A stretch of 64,000 bases of DNA. It comes from Candidatus Aminicenantes bacterium (GTDB lineage: Bacteria; Acidobacteriota; Aminicenantia; Aminicenantales; JAFGBC01). Location: positions 3,456,001 through 3,520,000 of the forward strand of contig OY969696.1 of NCBI GenBank assembly GCA_963702005.1. The letters are read 5' to 3'. A program made the position numbers and the translations under genes. Below the pieces are notes generated by a model. It saw nothing but the letters and a program-made list of their open reading frames with translations. It made no database searches and had not been told where the DNA came from. Shown here one piece after another: positions 9,108-18,975 of the stretch. The number at the start of each line of letters is the position of its first letter. The stretch's first letter is position 1.

Positions 9108-11180
9108 ATGAAAAAAAGCGCGGTTGTCTTTGGATTTCTGCTGTCAGCGGTCTTCATCGTTTCCATCAACGCCGGGACGAATCGACCAGCTCAGCTGACG
9201 CCCGATCCGGGTTTCGGATCGACGCCGCTCTACTTCGTCGCCAACCAAGGCCAGACGGATCGGGGGGTTCTTTATTATGCGACAACCCCCGGCCAGACGC
9301 TCTGGCTGACTCAGGGCGGCCTTGTCTTCAATCAAGGGATGGCTTGGCAGGGCGAGGGCGCGGCGCGCGCCGCCGTGACATTTCTGTTCAAGAACGCTTC
9401 CCCGAACGTCCAACTCTCGGCTGCGGACGAGGCGGACTATCGGGTCAGCTACTTTTACGGCCGGGATGAGTCCGAATGGAAGACGGATATCCCGACCTCC
9501 CGGGCCGTTCTCTATAAGAACCTCTACGACGGCGTCGACCTCAAGGTCTACGGCGTCGGAGGGGACCTCGAATATGATTGGGTCATCCGGCCCGGCGCCA
9601 ATCCCGGAGCCGTCCGTTTCGGCTATACGGGCGTGTCCGGAGCGCACATCGACAAACATGGAGACTTGATCGTCACCACCGCCCGGGGCGACTTGCGGCA
9701 CCGCAAGCCCGATGCCTACCAGATCCTCGATGGAAAAAAAGTCGACGTGGCCGCGTCGTTCAGGAGCCTCGGTGACGAGGAATACGGATTCGCGGTCAGC
9801 GCCTACGATCCCCGCCGCGAACTCGTCATCGATCCCTTGATCATCGTCTCTTCGACCTACCTGGGCGGGCATGCCGACGACTTCCTTCCCTCCATCGCCT
9901 ATGATGCGTCCGGCGCGGTTTATATCGCCGGCTTTACTGAAAGCACGGATTTTCCTCCCGTCAAGGTCAGCATGCCCCGGAATGATGCGTTCGTAACAAA
10001 ACTTTCCTCAGATGGACAAAGCCTGGTTTATTCTGCCTTCTTCCCGGCGTTTCTTTCCCAGTTTGGAGGCCTTGTTGGAGTCGCGGTAGACGGGAAGGGG
10101 TCCGCATATCTTGTCGGCCACACGAACAGCCGCAATTTCCCAGTCAAGAATGCTTTCCAGGAGACGAGGAAGGGACCCCGCGACGCCTTTTTCCTGAAGT
10201 TGACGCCCAACGGTAAGGGGCTGGTCTTTTCCTCTTATCTCGGAGGCTCAGAATCCGACTACTGTCCCCATGTTGCCGTGGACTCGACGGGTTCCTTCTA
10301 TCTGTCGGGCTATACCTACAGCTCCGACTTTCCGACCCGGAAGGCGTTGCAGAAGACCTTGAGTGGGACTGAGGATGTCTTCATCTCCAAGTTCGCGTCC
10401 GATGGGAAGAGCCTGATCTATTCCACCTTCCTGGGAGGCCACCAGACCGAATACAGTTCAGGGTTGGCCGTTGACGGCGAGGGAGCCGCTTATATCTGCG
10501 GCAACACGGAGAGCCCACAATTCCCCCTTAAAGACGCATTCCAAAAGAAGTACGGAGGAGGAGGAGAGGACGGTTTTATCACGAAGCTCTCCCCGAGCGG
10601 CGACTGGCTGATCTATTCAAGCTTCATCGGAGGATCCTCATACGATCTATGCTATGGGTTGGCCGTCGACAAGACGGGAGCCGTTTATCTCACGGGTGAT
10701 ACCTGGGGCTCCTTCCCGCTTAAGAACGCCCTCCAAAATACGCGGAAAGGAGGAATTGAAGGATGGATCGCAAAGGTCGCATTGGACGGCGAGAGCCTAA
10801 ATTATTCGACATACCTGGGAGGGACGAATACAGATATAGGCCGCAAGATAGCCGTGGACGATAATGGAGTTGCCTATGTGGTCGGGGAGACGGAAAGCCG
10901 GGGTTTTCCTGTTAAGGATGCCTTCCAAAAGACCCTCAAAGGAAGTAAGGACGGCTTTCTTGCCGTGGTGGCGCCGGATGGGAAGAGCCTTCGGCTTTCG
11001 ACCTTTCTGGGAGGTTCCTATCGAGAACGATGTGCCGATATCGCTCTAAGCGCGGACGGCGGAATCCTCATCACCGGAGACACGAACAGCCCTGACTTTC
11101 CGCTCACCAAACCCTATCAGAATAAGCTGGCGGGAGGCGATGACATCTTCGTCATGAAGCTCAAGCTGGGATCTGATTGA
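9108..11180 (+). CDS. SBBP-repeat beta-propeller protein with DUF7948-like N-terminal domain
   Basis: Signal peptide, PLYFVANQGQ, LYDGVDLKVYG..LEYDW, repeated S(T/S)YLGG blades. Confidence 0.9.
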   Translation: MKKSAVVFGFLLSAVFIVSINAGTNRPAQLTPDPGFGSTPLYFVANQGQTDRGVLYYATTPGQTLWLTQGGLVFNQGMAWQGEGAARAAVTFLFKNASPNVQLSAADEADYRVSYFYGRDESEWKTDIPTSRAVLYKNLYDGVDLKVYGVGGDLEYDWVIRPGANPGAVRFGYTGVSGAHIDKHGDLIVTTARGDLRHRKPDAYQILDGKKVDVAASFRSLGDEEYGFAVSAYDPRRELVIDPLIIVSSTYLGGHADDFLPSIAYDASGAVYIAGFTESTDFPPVKVSMPRNDAFVTKLSSDGQSLVYSAFFPAFLSQFGGLVGVAVDGKGSAYLVGHTNSRNFPVKNAFQETRKGPRDAFFLKLTPNGKGLVFSSYLGGSESDYCPHVAVDSTGSFYLSGYTYSSDFPTRKALQKTLSGTEDVFISKFASDGKSLIYSTFLGGHQTEYSSGLAVDGEGAAYICGNTESPQFPLKDAFQKKYGGGGEDGFITKLSPSGDWLIYSSFIGGSSYDLCYGLAVDKTGAVYLTGDTWGSFPLKNALQNTRKGGIEGWIAKVALDGESLNYSTYLGGTNTDIGRKIAVDDNGVAYVVGETESRGFPVKDAFQKTLKGSKDGFLAVVAPDGKSLRLSTFLGGSYRERCADIALSADGGILITGDTNSPDFPLTKPYQNKLAGGDDIFVMKLKLGSD

Positions 11181-11215
11181 CGATTTTTCCTGGCAATCGA
11201 GGGAGGAGGTATTCT

Positions 11216-13285
11216 ATGAAAAGGGTATTTGTTTTTTCCGCACTGGCAATCATTCTCGGGCTTTCCTGCCGGCCCACGGCAGGAACCAGTTCCGGATCTC
11301 GTTTCCAGATCGCGGCCAATTTCGGCGCAACGCCGCTCTATTTTATCGCCAACCGTGGGCAAGCGGCGCCCGAGGCGCGATTCTACGCGAGAACGGGAGA
11401 ATATACGATCTGGCTGACCCAGGGCGGACTTGTCTTCGATCAAGGGGTAGCTGGAGCGGGCGCGGCGTGCGCCGCCGTGACATTCCTGTTCAAAAACGCT
11501 TCCCCGAACGTTCGCCTCTCGGCCGCCGACCCGTCGGACTACCGGGTCAGCTACTTTTACGGACGGGATGAGTCCGAATGGAAGACCGATATCCCAACCT
11601 CGCGGGCCGTTCTCTACAAGAACCTCTATGACGGCATCGACCTAAAGGTCTACGGTACGGACAAAAAGATCGAATACGATTGGATTGTCCGGCCCGGCGC
11701 CGATTCGAATCGCATCCGGTTCGCGTACGAAGGAGCGCAAAAAACGGATATCGACCGCGCGGGTGACCTCGTCGTGAAATCCGCTTCAGGGGAACTGCGG
11801 AACCGCATGCCGTCGGCCTACCAAGTCATCGACGGCAAGAGAGTGAATGTACGGGCGGCGTTCAAGAAAATCGGCCAGGATGAGTTCGGCTTCGCGGTCG
11901 GCGAATATAAGCCCCGATTCGACCTCGTCATCGATCCCATCATCTTCGTCTACTCGACCTACCTGGGCGGGCATGGGAACGACTTTTCATGCACTTTAGC
12001 CTTGGACACGACCGGGGCGGTTTATATCGCCGGCTATACCCAGAGCCAGGATTTCCCTCCCGTCGAGGTTAACAAGCCCAGAAGCGACGCCTACGTCACG
12101 AAGCTCGCGTCCGACGGCAAGAGCCTGATCTACTCCGCCTTCTTCCCCATGGTTCCCTTAGAGGAAGATGATTTGGTCGGACTGGCCGTGGACGCAAAGG
12201 GCTCGGCCTACCTGGTCGGCGGCACCAACAGCCGCAATTTCCCCGTCAAAAACGCCTTCCAGAAAACGATCGGGGGCGGGGGTTACGACGGATTTTTCCT
12301 GAAGCTGACTCCCAACGGCAAGGGCCTCGTCTTCTCCTCTTATCTCGGCGGCTCGGGAAACGAAAGCTGTACCGAGGCGGCCGTGGACGCATCCGGTTCC
12401 CTCTTCATCGGAGGCTGGACGACCAGCCGGAACTTTCCGATACGCAAGGCTTTCCAGCAGACATTGAAGGGCATTGCCGACCTATTCGTCGCCAAATTCG
12501 ATCCCGACGGAAAAAGCCTCGCCTATTCCACCTACTTGGGCGGAGACAAATACGAAGACCTGGCGGGCTTTTCCTTAGACGACAGCGGATCTGTCTATCT
12601 TACGGGCATGACGACGAGCACGGCGTTCCCGAACAAGAACGCGTTCCAGAAAAAGTTCGGAGGGGGCCCAACCGACGCCTTCATCCTGAAGCTCGCTTCG
12701 GAAGGAGATAAGCTCATCTATTCCAGCTACCTCGGCGGCTCCTCCAAGGACTACGCTCTTGGGCTGACCATAGATGGCAGCGGGGCCGCCTACGTCTCGG
12801 GCTACACGGAAGGCTCTTTTCCTCTCAAGAACGCTCTCCAGAAGACCCGGAAAGGCGGCGTCGATGGATTCGTGACCAAGGTTTCTCCGGACGGCAAGAG
12901 CCTGGCCTATTCGACCTACTTGGGAGGAGCCAGCTGGGATTTCGGCCGTGCCATCGCGGTCGACTCCGCCGGAAGAACCTATATCGCGGGAACAACAGCA
13001 AGCTACAACTTTCCCGTCAAGGATCCTTTCCAGAGCGTCCTCAAGGGAGGCCAAGACGGATTTCTATCCATCATCTCGCCGAGCGGAAAAAGCTTCGTCC
13101 TTTCGACATACCTGGGCGGATCATACTGGGATGATATTCATGGGATGGTGCTAAACGCGGACGGCGATATCATCATGACGGGAAACACGAACAGCCTCGA
13201 CTTTCCCCTCAGCAAGCCTTTTCAGAAGACTCTCGCCGGCAAAGACGACATCTTCGTCTCCAAACTCCGGTTGTCGGGAGATTAA
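11216..13285 (+). CDS. SBBP-repeat beta-propeller protein with DUF7948-like N-terminal domain (possible lipoprotein)
   Basis: RBS GGAGGAGG before ATG 11216; LGLSC lipobox-like motif; close paralog of 9108-11180. Confidence 0.9.
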   Translation: MKRVFVFSALAIILGLSCRPTAGTSSGSRFQIAANFGATPLYFIANRGQAAPEARFYARTGEYTIWLTQGGLVFDQGVAGAGAACAAVTFLFKNASPNVRLSAADPSDYRVSYFYGRDESEWKTDIPTSRAVLYKNLYDGIDLKVYGTDKKIEYDWIVRPGADSNRIRFAYEGAQKTDIDRAGDLVVKSASGELRNRMPSAYQVIDGKRVNVRAAFKKIGQDEFGFAVGEYKPRFDLVIDPIIFVYSTYLGGHGNDFSCTLALDTTGAVYIAGYTQSQDFPPVEVNKPRSDAYVTKLASDGKSLIYSAFFPMVPLEEDDLVGLAVDAKGSAYLVGGTNSRNFPVKNAFQKTIGGGGYDGFFLKLTPNGKGLVFSSYLGGSGNESCTEAAVDASGSLFIGGWTTSRNFPIRKAFQQTLKGIADLFVAKFDPDGKSLAYSTYLGGDKYEDLAGFSLDDSGSVYLTGMTTSTAFPNKNAFQKKFGGGPTDAFILKLASEGDKLIYSSYLGGSSKDYALGLTIDGSGAAYVSGYTEGSFPLKNALQKTRKGGVDGFVTKVSPDGKSLAYSTYLGGASWDFGRAIAVDSAGRTYIAGTTASYNFPVKDPFQSVLKGGQDGFLSIISPSGKSFVLSTYLGGSYWDDIHGMVLNADGDIIMTGNTNSLDFPLSKPFQKTLAGKDDIFVSKLRLSGD

Positions 13286-13289
13286 TGAA

Positions 13290-14777
13290 ATGAAAAAGCC
13301 GTTCAATCATGATCTCGCCATTCTTGCCGTCCTTGGCATTCTCATCTCTGCCGTCTCCGGACGTTGCGATGAGGGCTCTCGGATTGCGCCTGGTGTCGGC
13401 CCGACGCCGCTCTCCTTCGGCTCCGGCCGCGGCCAGAGCGGTCCCGGAATCGTCTTCTCAACCTACCTGGGAGGGCGCAGCGAGGATCGGGGATACCGGG
13501 TCGCGGTCGATCCAACCGGCGCCGTCTACGTCGCTGGCTTCACCCAGAGCCGGAACTTCCCGCCCCGGGAAGTCTATCTCCCCCGTCAGGATATCTTCGT
13601 CGCCAAGTTCTCGCCGGACGGCAAGACCTTGATTTACGCCGCCTTCTTCCCCGTCGAAACCTGGGAGAAGGATATGACCCTGGGCTTGGCCGTGGACGCC
13701 AAGGGCGCCGTTTATCTCGCGGGAACAACCTTCACCCGCTTTTTCCCGGTCAAAAACGCCGTTCAGGAGAAATTCGGCGGCCGCGGAGACGGCTTCGTCT
13801 TGAAACTGGCTCCCTCCGGAAAAGCCCTGGAGTATTCGACCTATCTGGGAGGAACGGGAGAGGATCGCTGTCTCGCCCTGGCCGTCGACGCCTGCGGAGC
13901 CGCCTATGTCGCGGGCCGGACGGAAAGCCGCGACTTCCCGACGAAGAGCGCGTTTCAGAAAACTCCGGGCGGGATGTCGGACGGCTTCGTCGCTAAAATC
14001 TCGTCCGATGGAAAAAGTCTCATCTATTCGACCTACCTCGGACATAATAAGGACGACCGCTGTGCCGGGTTAGCCGTCGACGCCTCCGGCGCCGCCGTCG
14101 TCGCCGGCTGGACGGACAGCCGCGGCTTCCCGCTCAAGCACGCGCTACAGGGCTATGGCGGCGGTCTGTCGGACGCCTTTGTGTCCAAGCTCGCGCCGAA
14201 CGGGAAAAGTCTCGTCTTTTCCTCCTTCCTGGGCGGGGGGGCCGAGGACAGGGCGACGGCCCTGGCCCTCGATCGGCAAGGATGCGCTTATATCGCCGGG
14301 ACGACCCGAGGCGACTTCCCCATCAAGGGCGGCGTCCAGGCGAATAAGAACAGCTGGGCCGACGGATTCGTCACCAAGCTTGCCGTCGACGGCCGGAGCA
14401 TCCTCTACTCCACTTACCTGGGCGGCGCCGGAGAGGAGGAAGTCGGCGATATCGCCGTGGATAGCGCCGGCGCGGCCTATGTCGTCGGCCGGACGGACGG
14501 CCCGGGATTCCCGGTCAAGGATGCTTTGAGCTCCAACCTCAAGGGCAATTTCGACGGTTACCTGGCCGTCCTCGGGCCGGGCGGCAAAGGCCTTCAATTC
14601 TCGACTTACCTGGGCGGGTTTCTGGAGGACGCCTGCTGGGGCGTCGCCCTCGGCAAGAACCGCGCCGTTTATCTGACCGGCCAGACGAACAGCCTCGACT
14701 TCCCCGTTAAATCCCCCTATCAGGAGAAGTACCGGAACGAACGGGACGGTTTCGTCATGAAGCTCGCTCAAAAATAG
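13290..14777 (+). CDS. SBBP-repeat beta-propeller protein lacking most of the N-terminal domain
   Basis: Signal peptide, short remnant PTPLSFGSGRGQ joined directly to the STYLGG blades. Confidence 0.88.
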   Translation: MKKPFNHDLAILAVLGILISAVSGRCDEGSRIAPGVGPTPLSFGSGRGQSGPGIVFSTYLGGRSEDRGYRVAVDPTGAVYVAGFTQSRNFPPREVYLPRQDIFVAKFSPDGKTLIYAAFFPVETWEKDMTLGLAVDAKGAVYLAGTTFTRFFPVKNAVQEKFGGRGDGFVLKLAPSGKALEYSTYLGGTGEDRCLALAVDACGAAYVAGRTESRDFPTKSAFQKTPGGMSDGFVAKISSDGKSLIYSTYLGHNKDDRCAGLAVDASGAAVVAGWTDSRGFPLKHALQGYGGGLSDAFVSKLAPNGKSLVFSSFLGGGAEDRATALALDRQGCAYIAGTTRGDFPIKGGVQANKNSWADGFVTKLAVDGRSILYSTYLGGAGEEEVGDIAVDSAGAAYVVGRTDGPGFPVKDALSSNLKGNFDGYLAVLGPGGKGLQFSTYLGGFLEDACWGVALGKNRAVYLTGQTNSLDFPVKSPYQEKYRNERDGFVMKLAQK

Positions 14778-15358
14778 AATATAAGCCCGACCCCGGAATT
14801 GGCCAACCCCCAGCTTTTAGACGTTCCGTCTGTCTTGGCCTTAGCCTCACGTTCGATGGTCTGATAAGTGTAGCCGAATCCGACTTCGCCGAATAAGGAG
14901 AAATGCTCATTGAGCGGGGTTTGGACGCCGAGGACGGCGCTTCCCTGCCAGATATTCCCCGAGCCGTTTCTCTCGATGTCCTTTTTCTTATCGACGGAGA
15001 GGTCCGACGTGTTCCGCGCATAATTGACGTTCAACCCCGAATAAGCCGAGAAATTCTCGGCCTTGAGGACGTAATAGTGAAGCCCCAGGCCGAAGCTCAG
15101 GTGCGTCGCGTTCTTCTCGGTCTTGACCTTGCGCGGCTCCCCGGGCAGTCGGGCCTCGGCTTCGCTATCGGTCTTGACGCTCGTCTGGACGAAGCCGATC
15201 GACGGACGCAGCGCCAATCGGCCCGAGATGTGATAGGTCAGGCCGATCCGGGGGGCCGGGTCGACCCGCAGGTTGAGGCCGAGCTTCCCGGCCTCCTGGG
15301 CGGCCGCCAAAGCGGCGATGAAAACGATCCCCGCCGTCATAGTCACGAGCTTTTTCAT
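14768..15358 (-). CDS. Small outer-membrane beta-barrel protein
   Basis: Signal peptide, amphipathic beta strands, C-terminal GLIFYF; RBS AAGGAGG. Confidence 0.78.
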   Translation of the reverse strand: MKKLVTMTAGIVFIAALAAAQEAGKLGLNLRVDPAPRIGLTYHISGRLALRPSIGFVQTSVKTDSEAEARLPGEPRKVKTEKNATHLSFGLGLHYYVLKAENFSAYSGLNVNYARNTSDLSVDKKKDIERNGSGNIWQGSAVLGVQTPLNEHFSLFGEVGFGYTYQTIEREAKAKTDGTSKSWGLANSGVGLIFYF

Positions 15359-15546
15359 GGTTAGCCTCCTTATGCCTATTGGACAACCGGGCCGGCCGAT
15401 CCTTTGAGAATGCTTTTAAGGTCGCGGTTTCCCGCGACCGCGCGGCTCGATATTTTTCTGGGGCAGCCTTGACTTGGACGGCCGCTAATCCTATCGTTAT
15501 AACAGACCCAAGGGAAAAAACGCTTCCATAGGCATTCTAGGGAGGG

Positions 15547-16911
15547 ATGACAATGAAGAAGGGGTGGCCGGTTTTTCTGTTTCTGGCGATTCTCATCTGT
15601 CCGGGCCTGCTCAACGCTCAATGGGCCAGGGCTTATGGAGGGAAAGGAAACGAGGGGGCGGCCTGCGTCCAGCAGACGCCCGAGGGCGGGTTCATCGTCG
15701 TAGGCTGGATTGAGCGTCCGCTCCAAACCGAGTCCGTCCTCGCCGTCAAGCTCAGCTTCTCCGGGACCGTCCTATGGCAGAAATGCCTCGATATGTTGCC
15801 TAATTTGAGCTCCAGGGGTCATTTCGTCCAGACGACCCGCGACAACGGGTTTATTCTGACGGGAGAATCTTCATTGATGTGGAGGGATTTACTTGCCTGG
15901 AAGCTGGACACAAACGGCGGGACCCGATGGCAGACGCACATTATCGATCCCGACATGCATTATTATACTCATCAGTCCGGCCAAGCCGTCCAACAGACGA
16001 TCGACGGCGGATACATATTCACCGGATATCAAGAATACTTGGATTCTCAACATCAATCCCGAACCTATGATGACCTCCTCGTCTGTAAATCGGATTGTCT
16101 GGGCAAGAGAATTTGGGGCACCGTGTATGGAGGAGAGGGAATCGACCATGGTCATTCGATTCAGGTGACTCGCGACGGCGGATTCATCGTCGCCGGATGC
16201 ACGAGTTCCTTCGGCGCCGGCGATTATGACTTTTGGGTCTTGAAGCTCACGTCCGGAGGGCAACTGGAGTGGAGCTCAACCTTCGGAGGCCAGGACCTGG
16301 ACGAGGCTCATGAGATCCGGCAGACTTCGGACGGAGGCTATATCGTCATCGGAAACACCCTGTCTTTCGGCGCCGGATACTACGATATTTGGCTCTTGAA
16401 ACTCAACGGCTGGGGCCGGGTTCAATGGCAAAAAACCTACGGCGGCCCCAAGGCGGATTACGGGCATTCGATTTGTCAGACGGCGGACGGAGGTTTTATC
16501 GTCGCCGGGGAGACGGCATCGTTCGGATCGGGAGGAATCGACGCCTGGATACTCAAGCTGGATTCCCAGGGTTCGATCCAATGGGAAAAAACCTACGGCG
16601 GCGCCAAAGATGACAGCGTCTTCTCGGTAAGGCCGCTCCGAGGGAGCGGCTACGTCGCGGTCGGACAAACCAATTCCTTCGGGGCGGGCGGATTCGATAT
16701 CCTGGTCCTGAAACTGGGCCAAAACGGCAATATCGACGCCTCCTGCGGTTCATTCATCCGAAAGTCAAAAGCCACGGTCCTTCAAGGCAAGGGATCCGCC
16801 CAATGGGAAACCGGGGGGAACGCCCTGGGATCAGCGTCCGGCCTTTGGGCGTCTCCGACCATTCCCTCGACAGTAACCAAGGGAGGCAATACCGTCATCT
16901 GCAAGAAATAG
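15547..16911 (+). CDS. Secreted beta-propeller protein with W(Q/E)KTYGG repeats
   Basis: Signal peptide; repeats of QT.DGG(F/Y)IVAG.T.SFGAG..D.W.LKL...G...W.KTYGG. Confidence 0.8.
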   Translation: MTMKKGWPVFLFLAILICPGLLNAQWARAYGGKGNEGAACVQQTPEGGFIVVGWIERPLQTESVLAVKLSFSGTVLWQKCLDMLPNLSSRGHFVQTTRDNGFILTGESSLMWRDLLAWKLDTNGGTRWQTHIIDPDMHYYTHQSGQAVQQTIDGGYIFTGYQEYLDSQHQSRTYDDLLVCKSDCLGKRIWGTVYGGEGIDHGHSIQVTRDGGFIVAGCTSSFGAGDYDFWVLKLTSGGQLEWSSTFGGQDLDEAHEIRQTSDGGYIVIGNTLSFGAGYYDIWLLKLNGWGRVQWQKTYGGPKADYGHSICQTADGGFIVAGETASFGSGGIDAWILKLDSQGSIQWEKTYGGAKDDSVFSVRPLRGSGYVAVGQTNSFGAGGFDILVLKLGQNGNIDASCGSFIRKSKATVLQGKGSAQWETGGNALGSASGLWASPTIPSTVTKGGNTVICKK

Positions 16912-16998
16912 CGGCCGGGGAAAATATCCCCGACAGGAACCAATCCAAGGGGGCGTCGTATAATATTTTAGGCTTTTTGGAATGGAGAGGAGTCGCCC

Positions 16999-18975
16999 AT
17001 GACCGTCAAGAGAGGCCTGATCTTAAGCGCCGGGTTACTGCTTCTCGTTTTCGCGCGAGGGGCCGCCGCGGCCGCCCAAGACAATGACATCAAGCCGCTG
17101 CTCGCCCAACTCGAGAAAGCGGGCGGGCTCAAGGAGCATCCCGACGCCAATGCCCTGGTCGTCTTCGAAGATTATCGTTCGGACTATGAAGAGGACGGCC
17201 GGTTCACGTCGCGGGAACACAGCCTGGTCAAAATTCTGACCGATAAAGGCCGCCAGGAATTTGCCACCCGGAAGGTCCCCTACCATAAGCGCTACAACAC
17301 GGTCAGTGTCCCCTTGGCCCGCGTCATCAAGAAGGACGGCCGGGTCGTCCCGGTCCCGCCCGAGTCGATCAAGGACGGCACGATGGCCGAGACCCAGCAG
17401 ATGAACATCCTCGAGGAGAACTTCCGGCGGTTGAACATCACGGTGCCCCAACTGGAGACGGGCGACGCGGTCGAGCTGATCATCGAGACCGTCTCCCAGC
17501 CCCTCATCAAGAACCATTACAACGACATCCTTGTCTTCCAGGGACTAGAGCCCATCCTGAGGAAGGAGGCCGTCATCAGCGGGCCCGCCTCGCGCCCCCT
17601 CCGCTTCGTCGTCAAGAACGGCCGACTGGACTTTACCAAGGCCGAAAAGAACGGACGCTCGATCTACGCTTGGAAGGCCGCCAACCTGCCCAAGATCGAC
17701 CTCGAGCCGGCCATGGTCCCGGTGACCGACGTTGCCCTCAAGGTCGTCGCCAGCACCTTCAAGGACTGGGAGGAGCTCTCCCGCTACGGCGCCGGCCTCA
17801 ACGTCGGGAAGACCGAGCCGAGCGAAGCCCTCCAAGCCAAGGTTCGGGAACTCACCCAAGGCTTGACTACGGACGAGGAGCGGATCATAGCCGTCTTCCG
17901 CTATGTCTCGCAGAAAATCCGCTACATGGGCTCGTCGATGGACCTGGGGGCCTTTATCGAACCCCACCCGGCCGCCTACACGTTCGAGAAGCAATACGGC
18001 GTCTGCCGGGACAAGTCCCTCCTGATGATGACCATGCTCAAAGAGATCGGCGTCAAGTCCTACGACACGATCATCAACGTCTCGGCCCGGACCGAGCCCG
18101 AGATCCCGGTCATCTTCTTCGAGCACGCCATCTGCGCCGTCGTCCTTAAGGACGGCCGGACCGTCTACATGGACCCGACCCTCGAGCTCAGCTCCGATTT
18201 CGGAGAGAGCTACGTGGGCGGCCGCTATCTCCTGAGCCTGGACGAGAAAGGCCGCGGCCTCGTCCGGGTGCCTCCGACGCCGGCCGAGCGAAGCCTGGGG
18301 CTCATCCACTCCGAGACGAAAGTTCTCGACGACGGCGGGATCGAGGGCCATGTCCGGATCACGGGGCGGGGATTCTACGACCTCGCCCTGCGCAGCGTTT
18401 CCAAACAGGTCCCGGCTTACCAGTTCCCGATGATCTGGCAGCAACTCGGCCAGCTCCTGACGCCCGGCCTCAAGGTCGAGAACGTCAAGCCGACCGATTT
18501 CGCCGACCTGGCCAAACCCTACGAGATCGGGTTCGACTTCAAGGCGGCTAGCTATGCCATCGACGCCGGCCGGCTTCGGATGCTCAAGGTTCCCTTCGCC
18601 TCGTTCGCCTTCGACATTATTTCGATCGGGATCTTCCAAGCCCTGACCGACCGCCCCGAACGAAAATATTCGATCTTCCTGTTTACGCCGCGCGGGTCGG
18701 TCCAGGAGGAGCGGATCGCGCTTCCCGCCGGCTGGTCGGTCAAAGCCGTCCCGGATCCGATCGAAGCACGCGAGGGGCCGGTCCGGCTCTCCCTGTCGGC
18801 GCGGGCCGAGGCCGGGGCGGTCGTTTTCCGGAGCGACTTCCGGATCGAAAAGTCGAGCCTCGACCCGGCCGATTACCAATCTCTGCGCAAAGTCGTCCGC
18901 AAGCTCAAGAGGTTCCAGAAAGGGCTCATCATCCTCGAAAGGGTTGAACCGGGCCCGTCGGGAGGTCTCCGATGA
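16999..18975 (+). CDS. DUF3857 + transglutaminase-like domain protein (catalytic triad intact)
   Basis: Signal peptide; YGVCRDKS (Cys), FEHAI (His), YMDPT (Asp). Confidence 0.85.
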   Translation: MTVKRGLILSAGLLLLVFARGAAAAAQDNDIKPLLAQLEKAGGLKEHPDANALVVFEDYRSDYEEDGRFTSREHSLVKILTDKGRQEFATRKVPYHKRYNTVSVPLARVIKKDGRVVPVPPESIKDGTMAETQQMNILEENFRRLNITVPQLETGDAVELIIETVSQPLIKNHYNDILVFQGLEPILRKEAVISGPASRPLRFVVKNGRLDFTKAEKNGRSIYAWKAANLPKIDLEPAMVPVTDVALKVVASTFKDWEELSRYGAGLNVGKTEPSEALQAKVRELTQGLTTDEERIIAVFRYVSQKIRYMGSSMDLGAFIEPHPAAYTFEKQYGVCRDKSLLMMTMLKEIGVKSYDTIINVSARTEPEIPVIFFEHAICAVVLKDGRTVYMDPTLELSSDFGESYVGGRYLLSLDEKGRGLVRVPPTPAERSLGLIHSETKVLDDGGIEGHVRITGRGFYDLALRSVSKQVPAYQFPMIWQQLGQLLTPGLKVENVKPTDFADLAKPYEIGFDFKAASYAIDAGRLRMLKVPFASFAFDIISIGIFQALTDRPERKYSIFLFTPRGSVQEERIALPAGWSVKAVPDPIEAREGPVRLSLSARAEAGAVVFRSDFRIEKSSLDPADYQSLRKVVRKLKRFQKGLIILERVEPGPSGGLR

